A stretch of 64,000 nucleotides of DNA from Moniliella sp. 'wahieum' (lineage: Eukaryota): positions 372,001-436,000 of the forward strand of contig RSEE01000041.1 of NCBI GenBank assembly GCA_003971905.1, given 5' to 3'. The notes under the pieces are model-generated. The model made no database searches, was not told where the DNA came from, and saw only the letters and a list, made by a program, of their open reading frames with translations. Position numbers and translations under genes: made by a program. This document shows, one piece after another, positions 11,701 to 23,405 of the stretch (position 1 is its first letter; each line of letters opens with the position of its first letter).

Positions 11701-13702
11701 CTGGCCACCAAGTCCTGCTTTCCCCTCCCTCTTCCACTTCCCCTTCCTCTCCCGCCCTATCCCCCTCCCCTCTCTCCCCCACCGACACGCTCGCCCCCGT
11801 GACCGTGCCCCTGACCGATACAGCCGTCCCCGCACTCGTGCGTCGCAATCCCGTTCGCCAAGCGCGTATCAACGCTCCACCCCTCGACCTGTCCATTCCA
11901 GCCAACGACAATTTGCGCGATGGCACCTTTTCCCTGCTCGTCAACAAGGCCCCTAGCATCTTTGGCAACCCGGCCGCCCTCTCCGCCCTAGGAATGCAGG
12001 CTTTGGTGAGTATTTTCGGACCAGCGCCGGACACATCCATGCTACCTGCTTCGGAGCCAAGCTCGCCCCCCATTGCACTCGCAATCGAATCCGCGGCAAG
12101 TGACACCGAGGTCATACTGACCACCGATGGGGTCCCGGTGGCCCCCAAGAACATCAAGAAGTTGGTGGGTCACCCTGCCTTTGATGGCGTACTCGAGGCA
12201 ATGCGCCTCGAGCTTCGGCGTTTTGACGAGCGTGACGTGAAGGAAGTTGTACCCATCCCCCCAGGGATCAAACCCCTTCCCGGCATGTGGGTCATAGGTA
12301 CTAAGACGGATGCGGATGCTAACTTCCTCAAGTACCGTGCCCGCTACGTTGTGGGAGGGCACCGGCAAGTTCCTGGCACATGGGCGAAATCTTTTGCTCC
12401 TGCCGTTCGTACTGCTGCCGTCAACACGCTAATTGCGTTGGCCGAAGCTGATGGCCTCCACTTATTTTCTGCCGATGTGGAAGCTGCCTACCTCTATGCC
12501 GATATCAACGAGCTCGTCTATGTTCGACCACCCCCCTTCTTCCCAGAAGCGCCCGGTCATTGCTGGAGACTCAAGAAAAGTCTCTATGGCCTGCACCAGA
12601 GCGGGGCCAACTTTGGAGATTGGCTCCGCACTTTCCTTTGCGACCGACTCCACTTCACTAGCCTAAAATCAGAGCCTTGCCTGTTCATACGTCGCACCGA
12701 ACCTCTTGGCCTGATCCTAATCGCCGTCCACACTGACGACTTTTTGGTCGCGTGTCGGTCCCAAGAAGCGTATGATGAATTCTTAGTGGAATTAAGGCGC
12801 AGCATCCAAATTAAGTCCAACGGCCCCCTACGTTTCCATCTCGGCTGCCAATACGACCGTATCGATGGACGACTGTACATCAGCCAACCCAAATTCATCG
12901 CTGAGACGCTTGCCGCGCATGACATATCACCTCACCGGCCCCGCTACCTTCCAATCGGCCACCAACTTCCGCCTCCCAAGCGACCCGAACACGAAAAGCG
13001 TGCCACTCGAGACGAGCACCGTGCCTACCGTTCTATTGTCGGATCCAGCTTGTGGGCGGCTCGTATGTCCCGGCCTGATGCCCTCTTTGCGGCTACCTTT
13101 TTAGCGCGGTTTATGGACGACCCGTCCGCCCCCACCGACGCGCAGCGGAGGACCTATTACGTTTCTTCGCCGGTACGTCTGACTACTCTTTGTGCCTCAC
13201 ACCCAACCGATCTCGCCCTCTACTCGAGCTGCACACCGATGCCTCCTTTGCATCAGACAAGAGCAACTCTCACTCCGTTTCGGGCCATGTTGTTTTTGTT
13301 TTCGGTGTGCCTGTATCCTGGGGCTCCAAGTCCCAAAATCAAGGTGTGAGCAACACAGCAGCATCTGAATACCTAGCCATGGGAGATGGCCTTCGAGATG
13401 CTCTATTCATTCGCAACATACTGTTTGAACTTGGTGTCTGCAAGGCTAATCACCCGATTGAGCTCTTTGTTGACAACACCGCTGCCAAAGCGTTGGCCGA
13501 AAAGCTCGGCAGCCTAGGCAAAATACGGGAGATTGACGTCTCGTACCACGAGGTGCGGGAACGCATCCACCGAGGCGAAATTAAAGTCCACTACACTCCA
13601 GGTGCACACCATCTCCCTGACTGGTTCACCAAACCTCTTTCTCTTCCCAAGATCATTTCTGCGCGTAACAATTTCGATTTGGCTTCTCTTTCTTCGCGCT
13701 GA
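8751..13702 (+). CDS. Copia Gag-Pol polyprotein (about 3 frameshifts)
   Basis: Protease HDSGA; HHCC zinc finger HIRWNH...CAPC; integrase core LLHLDV / VRSDNAPE / SNGVAERAIR and GKLGPRA; RT KYRARYVVGG, ADVEAAYL, LKKSLYGLHQSG, VHTDD; RNase H LHTDASFA...SVSG...ASEYLA...FVDNTAA...DWFTKPL. Confidence 0.93.
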
Positions 13703-13767
13703 TCCCCTTTCTACTTTTCTTTTGTTGATGGCCAACGGGCTTCTTTCGTTCCCTTGGCCCGGGGGGG

Positions 13768-13984
13768 TGTTGGGACCCGTGGTCCCGTACTTAGGCCAAG
13801 GCGCCTCATCACCCTTCACCCCTGATTTGTCCTCCGAAGCCTCCACGTGTATACTCAGGCTTGTCTGAACCCCTGTCTCTAGGTGTGGCACAAGGCTTAG
13901 ACCTTAACCACCACCATCGCGATTGCATTGCTCTACATTTCCAGAGGTTCTTCACCCAATCCCTTGGGTTCCTCCGGTCTTACA
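13768..13984 (+). repeat. 3' LTR
   Basis: Exact copy of the 5' LTR, preceded by GGGGGGG and followed by the TSD. Confidence 0.96.
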
Positions 13985-16039
13985 GAGCTTGCATTGCTGG
14001 AAAACGAAGCGCGTCGGAAAGGGTTGAACGGCAGGAAAGAGACAGTCCTATTGGAACATTAATCGATGAAGAGATTGAAGCGATTGGCAACAACCTCGCA
14101 ACACGACCCAGTCTCTTGCGCGGACACCGCTTAAAAGTCCAGACCGCAGTGCTGGGTGAGGACAGTGTGGAAGAAAGAAGAATACAAGTAGAGAATCAGC
14201 GAGCTCGTACCGGCACATACACCCCATGTGTGAACGGGGCTAAATCTGCTATCCCGGTGATGTAGTTGGACTTCCAGAGACTCACCGGCCATCGATGAGG
14301 TGGGCGTTTCCATGTTGTCTGCAGGCGCCCGCAGTGTTGCGCATCGTCAACCACAGCACCATTGAGACAGGGAAAAGGGGAACTCGATGCTGCCCTTTAG
14401 AAACCGGATACGGAGAAGGGAGGCTGTGGGGTTACCATCGATGAAGAGGCAAAACCCCAATATACCCAAAACTACGGAGGGTATTTTGCCCGAACAACGC
14501 CACATATACCCAATAGTGAGATGAGAAGCGGTACGTGTTTGAGTATAGTACTGAATCACCGGTGTATACAATCGAGTATAACATTGAATAGGGAACAGGC
14601 ACACGCTGCCCATGTCGCAGTCCGAGAAACGAGGAAGCCAATCTTCACAGGTAAAACATGTCCCTTGTTAGGGGGAACAGTGCGATCAGCTTCTCGCCAT
14701 TACACAACAGGTATTAACTGAGGTTCAGTCCAGCGACAACAATCATAAACTTCACGCCACGTTCGGCGACAAGGATCAGTACTCGTTCCGCCGCGCCGCA
14801 GCACCCGCCAGCAAGATCTCAAAGAAGGGCATGGACCAAGGCCAATGAACATTGACTCACCTTCGCCTTTTCACCATGACCATGACCAAACGGGAGTTGA
14901 GGGAAGTATATAATAGCCATAGAAACAACAGTCCTCACTCCGGCTTCTTCTTCTTGGCGGTTTATTCCTCTTCGTGCACCGCATTCTTATTTTTGGTACG
15001 CACAACTTTGGTCTGCTTTGTGCCCGAATGCCTCATGAAGGAGTGTGGTCCAATCTCCTTTCTTGAACCGTCCCCAGCCCAGTCAGGAGAAAAAACCTTG
15101 TGCAGTGCTCTATAGCTTGCAGAGAATGAGGAGTGGGACCTGTTGGGGCCAGCCCCTGTACCCTGAAGCCACTGGCGTGGGTGGGCAATCGGTACACCTG
15201 TGAAAAGGTTTTCGGTTACGAGACTATTCTATAGCGTAACAGCATCGGCCAAGATAGAGATCACAGAGAGAGGTGGCCTGACCCCAAAAGGGTGGTAACG
15301 TGTATGCATACGCCAAGTCCCGCCAGTATGTATATCCACAAGTAGGGGGAGCGTGGGGGGGACTTGATGAGATACCCAAAGCTTGGATGGCCCCCGGGCG
15401 GGCGGTCGATGCAATGGCACTGGTGGTGATAATGGTCTACATCACCAACAACCCCTATACGGAGGGACATATAACCAATCAAGCTCAGCTAGAGTGTTGT
15501 TGCCGCCTTCAAGTCTCTGAACGTGTTGACTACGGAACAAAGAATACAGATGTATAGTACTACTAAAAGAAAACGGCACACGGAGCTTTTATATATAGGC
15601 CTCACACACGGTGATGGGACTGAAAGAACCTTGGCCGAAAACGCATGAAGCTAGCTCATGAAGCTGATGAAGCTCATGAAGAGAGATCCTGTGTGTGGTA
15701 CAAAAAAGAACTGTTGTTCATGACATGCAACAACAGTGCCGTCAATCCGGCCAATTGGTTATTAGGGGTTAGGTACCACGACCGTCGCCCCTAATGCCCA
15801 AGAGGCCCACAACTGGCCTAATACTCATCGCGGGTGCTAGTACTAACAGCCGCATTGTCTTGCATCGTGCACCACCATGCATTTTATGCGTCCAGCTTCA
15901 ACACAGCAACGTCAGGACACGTCGCAGCCGCAACGCAGACGACAGCAGCTTGCGCTCGCATCACCCCGGCGCAGTCTATCGACACAACCGTAATCACTAA
16001 GCTGTGCCTATTACATGTACAGAAGAACGTCAAAAAATT

Positions 16040-16124
16040 CTCTCCGACCGGGAATCGAACCGGGTCTCGTCCGCACGCCTGTTCACATGACAGGGACGTG
16101 TCATAGCCACTAAACTATCGGAGA
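16040..16124 (-). tRNA. tRNA-Asp(GTC) with ~14-nt intron
   Basis: Reverse complement: TCTCCGA TA GTTTAGTGGCTATGAC A CGTCC CT-GTC-A[TGTGAACAGGCGTG]C GGACG AGAC CCGGTTCGATTCCCGG TCGGAGA G. Acceptor stem pairs; a T6 Pol III terminator follows (A run at 16032-16037). Confidence 0.93.
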
Positions 16125-17269
16125 CGCTACAAGTCACTATCACCTTAATTTCATGTATACTCACTAATAGTAATGCAATTGAAAATGCCGCGTGAGGAAG
16201 AGTATCCCTTTCCGACAGATTGTATCTTTTGCCTCTTGTAAAAGAAGACGAGGTCTACAGATAGAAAGGGAAAGAGAGAGAAGGTGATGGATCTATTCCA
16301 AGAGAGGAGCCCGTTAGGGGCAGAAAATAGGGGAGAGTCGGATAGAACAGCGCCATGTGCGATGTGTGTGATCAGCTGCATGCATGATGGCGCTGACACC
16401 TCTTTCCTCATTCTCGACGTTGCGTATACTGCATCCATAGTATCATTGACAGAGCTTAAGGCTGGGACAGGGAAACGCTACGCCTAACCCGACCCGTTCA
16501 GCTTGTGTGAGTTACTTGGTAGCGCCACCACTGCTAGCGAACCAGGGGGATCGCCAAAGAGGATATCAGGGCCCTCTGTGGTGCTCGCCATCCGCGGTCC
16601 CACCGTACCCGAGGAGTAGCGCTTGTGGATAAGGATGAACGTGGTAGGCATCCGAGCGAGGAATCATTTCCATTGAGATTCAGTAGCCAAATCGTTCCAG
16701 TGCGTAAACATCTTGCCCGCTATCTTGGTGCCGTAGTATCCTCGCGTCGTCAGAACCACGGGGAAAATGGCTCTTGAGTGATTCCCTGGTACTTGACAAT
16801 CTTGTCGCATTCTGCTTGTTCCAGCAGCAGAAGCAGCTCCTTCTCCCGACGTTCCAAGGCCTCGTGGTGCTCTCGTGCACCACCTTCCGGCCTAAGTGTC
16901 GCGCAGCGTGTGGTCCACACCTCCATGCCTGATCCTCTGATTGCTCCAGGCCCCATGACGCGGTAGTCGGTGTGCAGTGCCCTCCACCAGCGCCTCGACC
17001 CATCCCCTTCCCCCCAGCAGGTTGTTGCGAACGTGGGTGTCGGGGATGAAGCGCACGAGCTGGAGAATGGGCTCCCGTGCTGCCTCATGCAACCCGATAA
17101 ACAACAAAAGTCACCCGTGTAATCCAGTCCTATAGTCCCGCCCGGCGGCCCGCTCCTCCCAACAGATATACGCCCGCACGCACGCACACACTTCGTTCTT
17201 GTGGAGATGAAAAATGACACAAGTCAACACATATGTTTCCCAGAACCCGGTGTTTTAGAGGGCAGTACT

Positions 17270-17535
17270 ATAGGGTTCCCCTGTACGGCCCTCGGCAGTG
17301 GGTCGACGGTGACGCGTGACGCTCACTTAGCCAGCCGGAAGAGTTCCGCTCTCGCAGGCCGCGTACGCCCTGCTCGCTCCATCTCCCTCTCTCTCTCCTG
17401 TCGCCTTCCCTTCAGACGTTGATTAATGATTGAAGACTTGTGGCTCATCACTTTGCCTTCACGCCTTTTTGTCTGTGAAGGCTGGTTTGCAGCTGATCCA
17501 TAGGATCGCGAGTGCTCCCAAGTCGCACTCTATAG
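17270..17535 (+). repeat. Dispersed ~270-bp repeat, copy A (relatives at 34870-35415)
   Basis: Shares the blocks GGTTCCCT..ACGGCCCTC, GACGCTCACTTA, GGAAGAGT, GCAGG..CCCTGCTCGCT, TGAAGACTTGTGGCTCA and CCATAGGATCGCGAGTGCTCCCAAGTCGCACTCTAT with the 35-kb copies. Confidence 0.88.
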
Positions 17536-19302
17536 CACCCGGCCCTAATCGATCAGGGGGGACTCATTAATCATTTTGTCACCGCGGGCGGGGCTCTTAC
17601 GTTTGTCCAAGCTCCCTTCAGTTCCTCCTCAGGACTCGGCCTGGGTCCCCTGAGCCTCAAGACTTCAAATCATCGGAGAAATATGTAGCCGCATGTGGTC
17701 GTAGGCCTCTATAGGCGTGAGCGCGTGAGCGCAAAAGCGTTAAAAACATGCCCGTCAAGTGCCGAGTGAGTATGTCGTGGGGTGAGCCCCGAGACGGAGC
17801 CCGACCCCGGAATTTAGGGGTGACCTGTGAAAGCCCTTGGACATAATGGCATTAGAGTTACGTACGCTAGGTCCTGATTCAGATCGTGTTTGAGTCGAGA
17901 GGGTGTAGAGGCAAGGGAGAAACCCTCTAGTTTGGGTGTGGCTGCCTGCGTGATGCAAAGTCCGCAGCTCAGACCTTCCGAGGTAGGAGCCGCGTACTTA
18001 CGTCGTATGACCAATTTGAAGGAGTCCACTGGATCTCCGAAGTTACTCTGTTCCTCACAGCGTTACCACACTCGGTACGCTGTAGTATACGCGGGAACAG
18101 ACAGAGTCATCCTAAAGAAGAAGAGCAAAAAGCGCTACTGATAGTAACCGCGGGGCTTGCAACCTAGCGTGGTCGACGTATAGAAGTCGTATTCGTAAGC
18201 GTGAGGGTGAAGAGTGGAGAGGAAGTCGGGGGAAAGACGTGGGGCTGGCGTGTGTTCGTTGAGAGATCTACGAAATGCGCGGGTTCGGTGTCCGAAGATG
18301 ATCGATGACTAGTGACTAGTGACTGTAGCACCCATAACAGAGTAATAGTGACTGAGAGAAGAGTTGGTGCTCTGCTGTTGCTGCATGTGTGATGCTAGCG
18401 TGACAATTAAGCTTTAAGTACATCATCTTAGACCTAACGTTAACCCTAATTAACCCTAAAGGGGAAACTTATATATACCAACTCAGACACGGAGAGGAGG
18501 GAGGGATTGATCGATTGAGTGAGAAACCCGGGACGAGGTGGTATAGTCGAAGGCAAAGCGCCACATACGCCACAGTTTGGAATAGCAGAGAATATAATAG
18601 CACGCCATCCCTGAGGCTGATGTTTCCGATATACGCTTGATGAAGCTTGAAGAGGGGGGGGTCTGGGCGGCCAGGCACTGTTATTACCGCACAGGATTAA
18701 ATGGAAAAAACCCACCCGCACCCAAGAGTTGGACATGATTGAGATGTAAGCCATTGTGGAGACGAAGCATGTCTCTTCGCGTCGTCGGCATATGACAAGA
18801 TCATGAGCGATCGATGAGATACAAGTTTATCTTATAGAGATGGGGGGGGGCAGGGAGGAACACACTTGTTTTGCGCGGGTATTAGACCACATCATCGGTT
18901 AGATGGTGACTTGAGGACGACAAGAGACATTCTCTCTCCAACGTTATGTCAGGCATATGCCTTTTGACCACAGGCAATGATTGATTATATATAGATATAT
19001 ATGATGCAGATATACCCCCTTTTCATGCGTGACAGACAATAGTACGTGGAAACGTTCCTATGCACTGTAGTGCTTCATCACTGTCTCTATCATTAATCAT
19101 TGAATCCTCTCATTAATCATTGAATACTTACTTTTAATCATGTCCCCTCTCATTAATCTCATTGGCTGTTGAAGATATCACGCACAACTGGCCTCTGATG
19201 ATCATCTGACGTATCTGTGATTATTGCCCGTATAGTACTGTACAGCGCACAGACACAGTTACTGAAAGAGAGAGGGACTATTTAAACCTCTCCCCCCAAC
19301 CC

Positions 19303-20510
19303 ATGTGGAGTACGGCTGTGAGTCCATTCAACCAGCACCTCCAAGATCCCAGCCACCATCATGAGCTTCCCCCTGCCCACACCCAGTATCAGTCCTACAC
19401 GGATCACCATCCATCGGTTGTACTGTGGATCCGAAGCAGCTGGTCGTGCCTATTAACACGGGCGCAGAGCAACCGAATTGTGACCTTCGGTCGCATTTAC
19501 TGCCACCCACGACCCCGCAACAGCTATGCAGCGTGCAACAAGCCACTGTTCACTGTCAGGGCAAAGCGACATCTCCAACAACTTTAACGCATCCGACAGC
19601 GTATCTGGCCAGGCTCCCGCGAGCCGCCGCCGAAGAGGTGTATCCAACCCCGAGCTTGATCAACATTTTGGGGGCCAACATGGAGCCCATGAAGGAGGCA
19701 ATGAAGCCATTTCCCCTGAGGGGGGCAACACTCATTATTGATTGAGTGCCAGGGATCTTAGACGAATTACGTTGGTACTTGGCCTCAACAACAATTTTCC
19801 CGGGGGACGCGGCATTACCCACTTCCCCTCCGGGGATATGGGATTATCCACGGATTCTATGCAGACACCGAGCCAAAGTGTGGGATTCAACGATGCTGCC
19901 CCTAATTGGTCAAGCCACGCCCTGATGCCTGGAGAACCAGGTCCTGCTGTGATGCCGTCTTCTCCGCAAAATAGCCAGGATTTCTCCCCTTATGTGGATG
20001 ATTCCCCTACTGTGGACGTCTCCCCCTGGAATTCAGTTGGATCCGATCCACGGCGTGGGCCGGGTCTGAGGACGAGTATAGTCCACTCACATCCTCGTCA
20101 CCTCAGACCACCAACTTAAAATGTTCAGGAGCCGTGCCCACCAAGAAACCTGGTCGTGCGATCTGCCATAATCCTGACCCCAAGAAACCGAAGGAATCCA
20201 AAATTCAGTTACAAGGGAAGCGCGTACCGTGCCCTCTGTGCCCGCAGAGGTTTACGCGGGTATCCAACAGAAATGCGCATCTCAAAAGTCACGATAAAAA
20301 TCGGGAACGTCCGCACAAATGCCCTCTCAAGAGATGTGTTAAGACCTATCTTCAAAACATGATCTCCAACGGCACGTGACCAGACAACATCTTGACCCGG
20401 ACAGAGAATATTTAACCCAGGCCGAAGATGATGCTATCAAGAACGCTTTGGAAAAAAACTTGTCTTCCAGCCAACTTGAAGACAGAGCGCCCACGCATGA
20501 TGAGTACTAG
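19303..20510 (+). CDS. C2H2 zinc-finger transcription factor (two C-terminal fingers), frameshift-fragmented or pseudogene
   Basis: Finger 1: CPLCPQRFTRVSNRNAHLKSH. Finger 2: CPLKRCVKTY/(shift)SKHDLQRHVTRQH. Stop TAG at 20508-20510. Upstream S/P/Q-rich ORF pieces; the 5' end is uncertain. Confidence 0.7.
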
Positions 20511-22443
20511 GCGCCGGGAATCATTCCAGTTTCCCTCATCGTGTGTAAGCCGTCGTCATCGGCGTCATATATACGTTTGGGGCTTTTCACACGGCGGTAT
20601 CTATATATACCCCCCCAATCCCCCCCCCCCCCATTGACCTTCCCTCCATCACAGTATATCTCCGGCCTAACATGTTGTGCTTCTTTCTCATGCCTCTCAT
20701 CGCTTGGATCTCATTCTTATATATCACAATACAACACTCGGTTTTGCATTGTTTCGCTCTCATAACACACACACTCTCATGGGCCTTCCTTACAATTGCT
20801 TTGTGTGTCCAACAAAACCACAGAAGATCGAGAGGTGCTTCTCAAACCACAGAGAGGAGATGCGGAGTTGTATTAACAAAGATCGATGCGACTGACGGAG
20901 GGGAAGATAGATAGATACTCGTTCCCAGCTATTCCCATATTCCCATAGTGTCACAGGAGATGATTCAGAACTTGTGTATTCGGTCACTGCCTTTTCTCCC
21001 GTAGGTTATACACACCTCTATTTTGTAACTATATCATTTTGACAGAGCTAAGGCTGGGACAAAGAAACGCTGCGGCTAAACAGACCGGTTCATCCGGCGT
21101 GTCGAGCTTATAGCGGAATTCGCAGCCCACCATCTCCGCGCGCTCAGCCCGGCTCTGCACTGCCCTCGTCCAACACCATCATGTCGAGCTCCGAGGACCT
21201 CTGCGGATGGGCGACAAGAAGGTAATTATATCGTCTGCAGGATGATTTACCAGTAAGCAGTCTGATCTTAAGGAAGCAGCCCACAGCATTGCAAGGGTGC
21301 CGCCAACAAGTTTCGTCTCGACAAGCGATACAACTAAGGAGAGGGGCGCATGCCATTTCACGAAGGTCGTTGAGATAGAGGTATCTTGTCGCCAGCTTGA
21401 AACGGCCCGGAAACCCCTATTGGGAGGCCAGCAAGGTTTTGAAGCTGGTGCGCCCTGAGCTTGCAGTCACAGCACTGGAAAGAAGGTGGTGCTCCTCCTC
21501 GATAAGGGCCAGTTCCGTCAAGCTTCGGATCGAGAAAGTCGATTGCAGAACTTCTCAAGAACGAGCCCATGACCGAGAAAAAGCCCTTGCTGACTATACC
21601 TTCAGGCGGCTGATTGGTACCTACAGGAGAAGGAGCCAAGGCGAACGCTTCCTCGACCCCATTCTTGCAGGGCAACTACTGACGTGATCTGTATATCCAG
21701 TACGGCTAGGCTGCCTGCGCGAGGCAGGCCAATTGGCTGCCGAAACGAGGCAATATCCTTTTTGGCGATTGAACAATGGGGAAAAGTAGCAACGATGAGT
21801 CTTGAATCCAACAATCTATTATAACGAGTTATGCGGTCAAGGACTACTATCTGAATGCGTAGGGCTTGTGCTATCTCTGCAGTGGTCATCCCCAATTTTA
21901 TTGCCTGTGGGCGGGCGATGGAGTTTTACGCGCAACAAGACCCTGCCTTCCCTCCAACGATGGAGGGAAGGTTCTTGAACAGCTTGCTCGAGGCTGCCGA
22001 GTCGGGGATCTAAACTAACTTTAACACCATCGTCCAGGACTTTGACCGTACCAAGCGTTTCCGGGGTTGACAGGACAGCCTCTCATCGAGATTAGAAAAC
22101 ACTTGCAACAGGAGCCCGACCTTTCTTAAGACTATAGCAGCTACGTTTGTTGTGTGGTTTGGTAGATGTGATGATTGATGATTGATGCATGTGGCATGAG
22201 GACACCCCGTAGGACAAGGGCACAGCGATCCTAGTGATCGGTTGGCCTTCCAGCGTCATGTGCATACTATCAGTGTGCATCGGGACCATTATGCGTTCAT
22301 TCAGTGGGTTAAAGTACCACAACGTTATCGTATTGGCGTGCGGAGGAATGGCAGGAGAGATATAAAATGATGGCGAAAGTTGGCGCTCTCTTTCCTCGTA
22401 CGGGAGTTTCGCGTCGGACTAGAAATTCTTGATTAGAGGAAAG

Positions 22444-23405
22444 TTAGTTCCACTCGTCGGGGGTGTGGTTGGCCAAATCCACAGCCGTTGCAATGTCAAG
22501 TGCCACATAGGTCGGTGTAATGGGGCGATCGGGGCGATCGAGCATAGCCTTGGATGTGATGCCACTGAGGACGAGGCAGGGGCGAAACCGGCACGGCGAC
22601 CGAACGGAATGTCTGTGTCGAGACGATCACCAAAGAAGATGGCACGCGAAGGATCAACGTTGTGCGCCTTGACCACGCAGTCCAGAATGGGTTGATGAGG
22701 TTTGCCAATCACTACAGGCTCCCGACCGGTAGAGTTGATCAACGGGGCAACTGTAGCCCCAGCCTCGGGCCAGGGACCACCAATGGCCGGGTAGTCGTGT
22801 CCTCATTGGTGAGAATAAAGTGGACATCCGGATCCATTACATACTTGGCTGCCTTGGCCGTTTTGGCATAGTTCTGGTCCACGTCAAATCCCACGATCAC
22901 AGCCCCGACGTCGGGATCAATGCTCCCTGGTGCGGCGAGGGCCTCGAAAGGGTGATCGGGAGGAAGACCAGGAGATCGGTGGTAAGGGTCTTTGGTGCCG
23001 CCGATGTGCTCAACGCCCTCGAGATCAAGCTCATGTTCGATCCCTTCCATGCCGAGAACGTAAACCTTGTTGCGCTTTTGCTCCTTATCTTAAGCACTTT
23101 GGAAACATACACAGCGGCAGCATAGGCGGAAGAGATCATCTCATCTTCGTGGACCTCGATACCGAGCTTGGCGAACTTTTGAGGTACTGTGCGCGGGAAA
23201 CCGAAGCATTGTTGGTGACAAAGAGCACCTTCTTGCCCTGAGAGCGAAGGTAGGCCAGTGCGTCGGCGCTGCCGGTAATGGGGGTGGCGATGCGGTAAAG
23301 GACACCATCACAGTCAAAGATGAACGTGTCGTACTTGGCAAGCAGCTCGGACGAAAAGCCCTTGGGGGAGAGCTGGAGCTGGCGGTACGCGGCGGTGGCG
23401 GACAT
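22444..23405 (-). CDS. PHO13: HAD-IIA p-nitrophenyl/phosphoglycolate phosphatase (Pho13-like)
   Basis: YDTFIFDCDGVLY; GKKVLFVTNNA; DPDVGAVIVGFD; FILTNED; VIGKP; FFGDRLDTDI.FG. Confidence 0.85.

Larger units (their letters stand above)
8428..13984 (+). mobile_element. Full-length Ty1/copia LTR retrotransposon (5557 bp)
   Basis: Two 217-bp LTRs with TG...CA ends; 5-bp TSD GAGCT at 8423-8427 and 13985-13989; G-rich PPT at 13761-13767; internal domain order gag-PR-IN-RT-RH. Confidence 0.97.

Noticed and set aside
10650..13200. Programmed ribosomal frameshifts in the copia pol
   Set aside because: The shifts fall inside integrase and RT/RH rather than at the gag-pol junction, and match the indel noise seen in host genes.
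15645..15685. CTGATGA in a repeat context as a hammerhead core (also CTGAAGA in the 35-kb repeat)
   Set aside because: No GAAA with stems II/III in the required arrangement.
8428..16124. tRNA-targeted integration of the copia element
   Set aside because: The element is ~2 kb downstream, not upstream, of tRNA-Asp; a single case gives no support.
18432..18460. Telomere-like TAACCC units (also TTAGGGGTTAGG at ~15762 and CCCTAACCCT at ~43421)
   Set aside because: Only 1-2 imperfect units each; too short to call an interstitial telomere or TIR pair.
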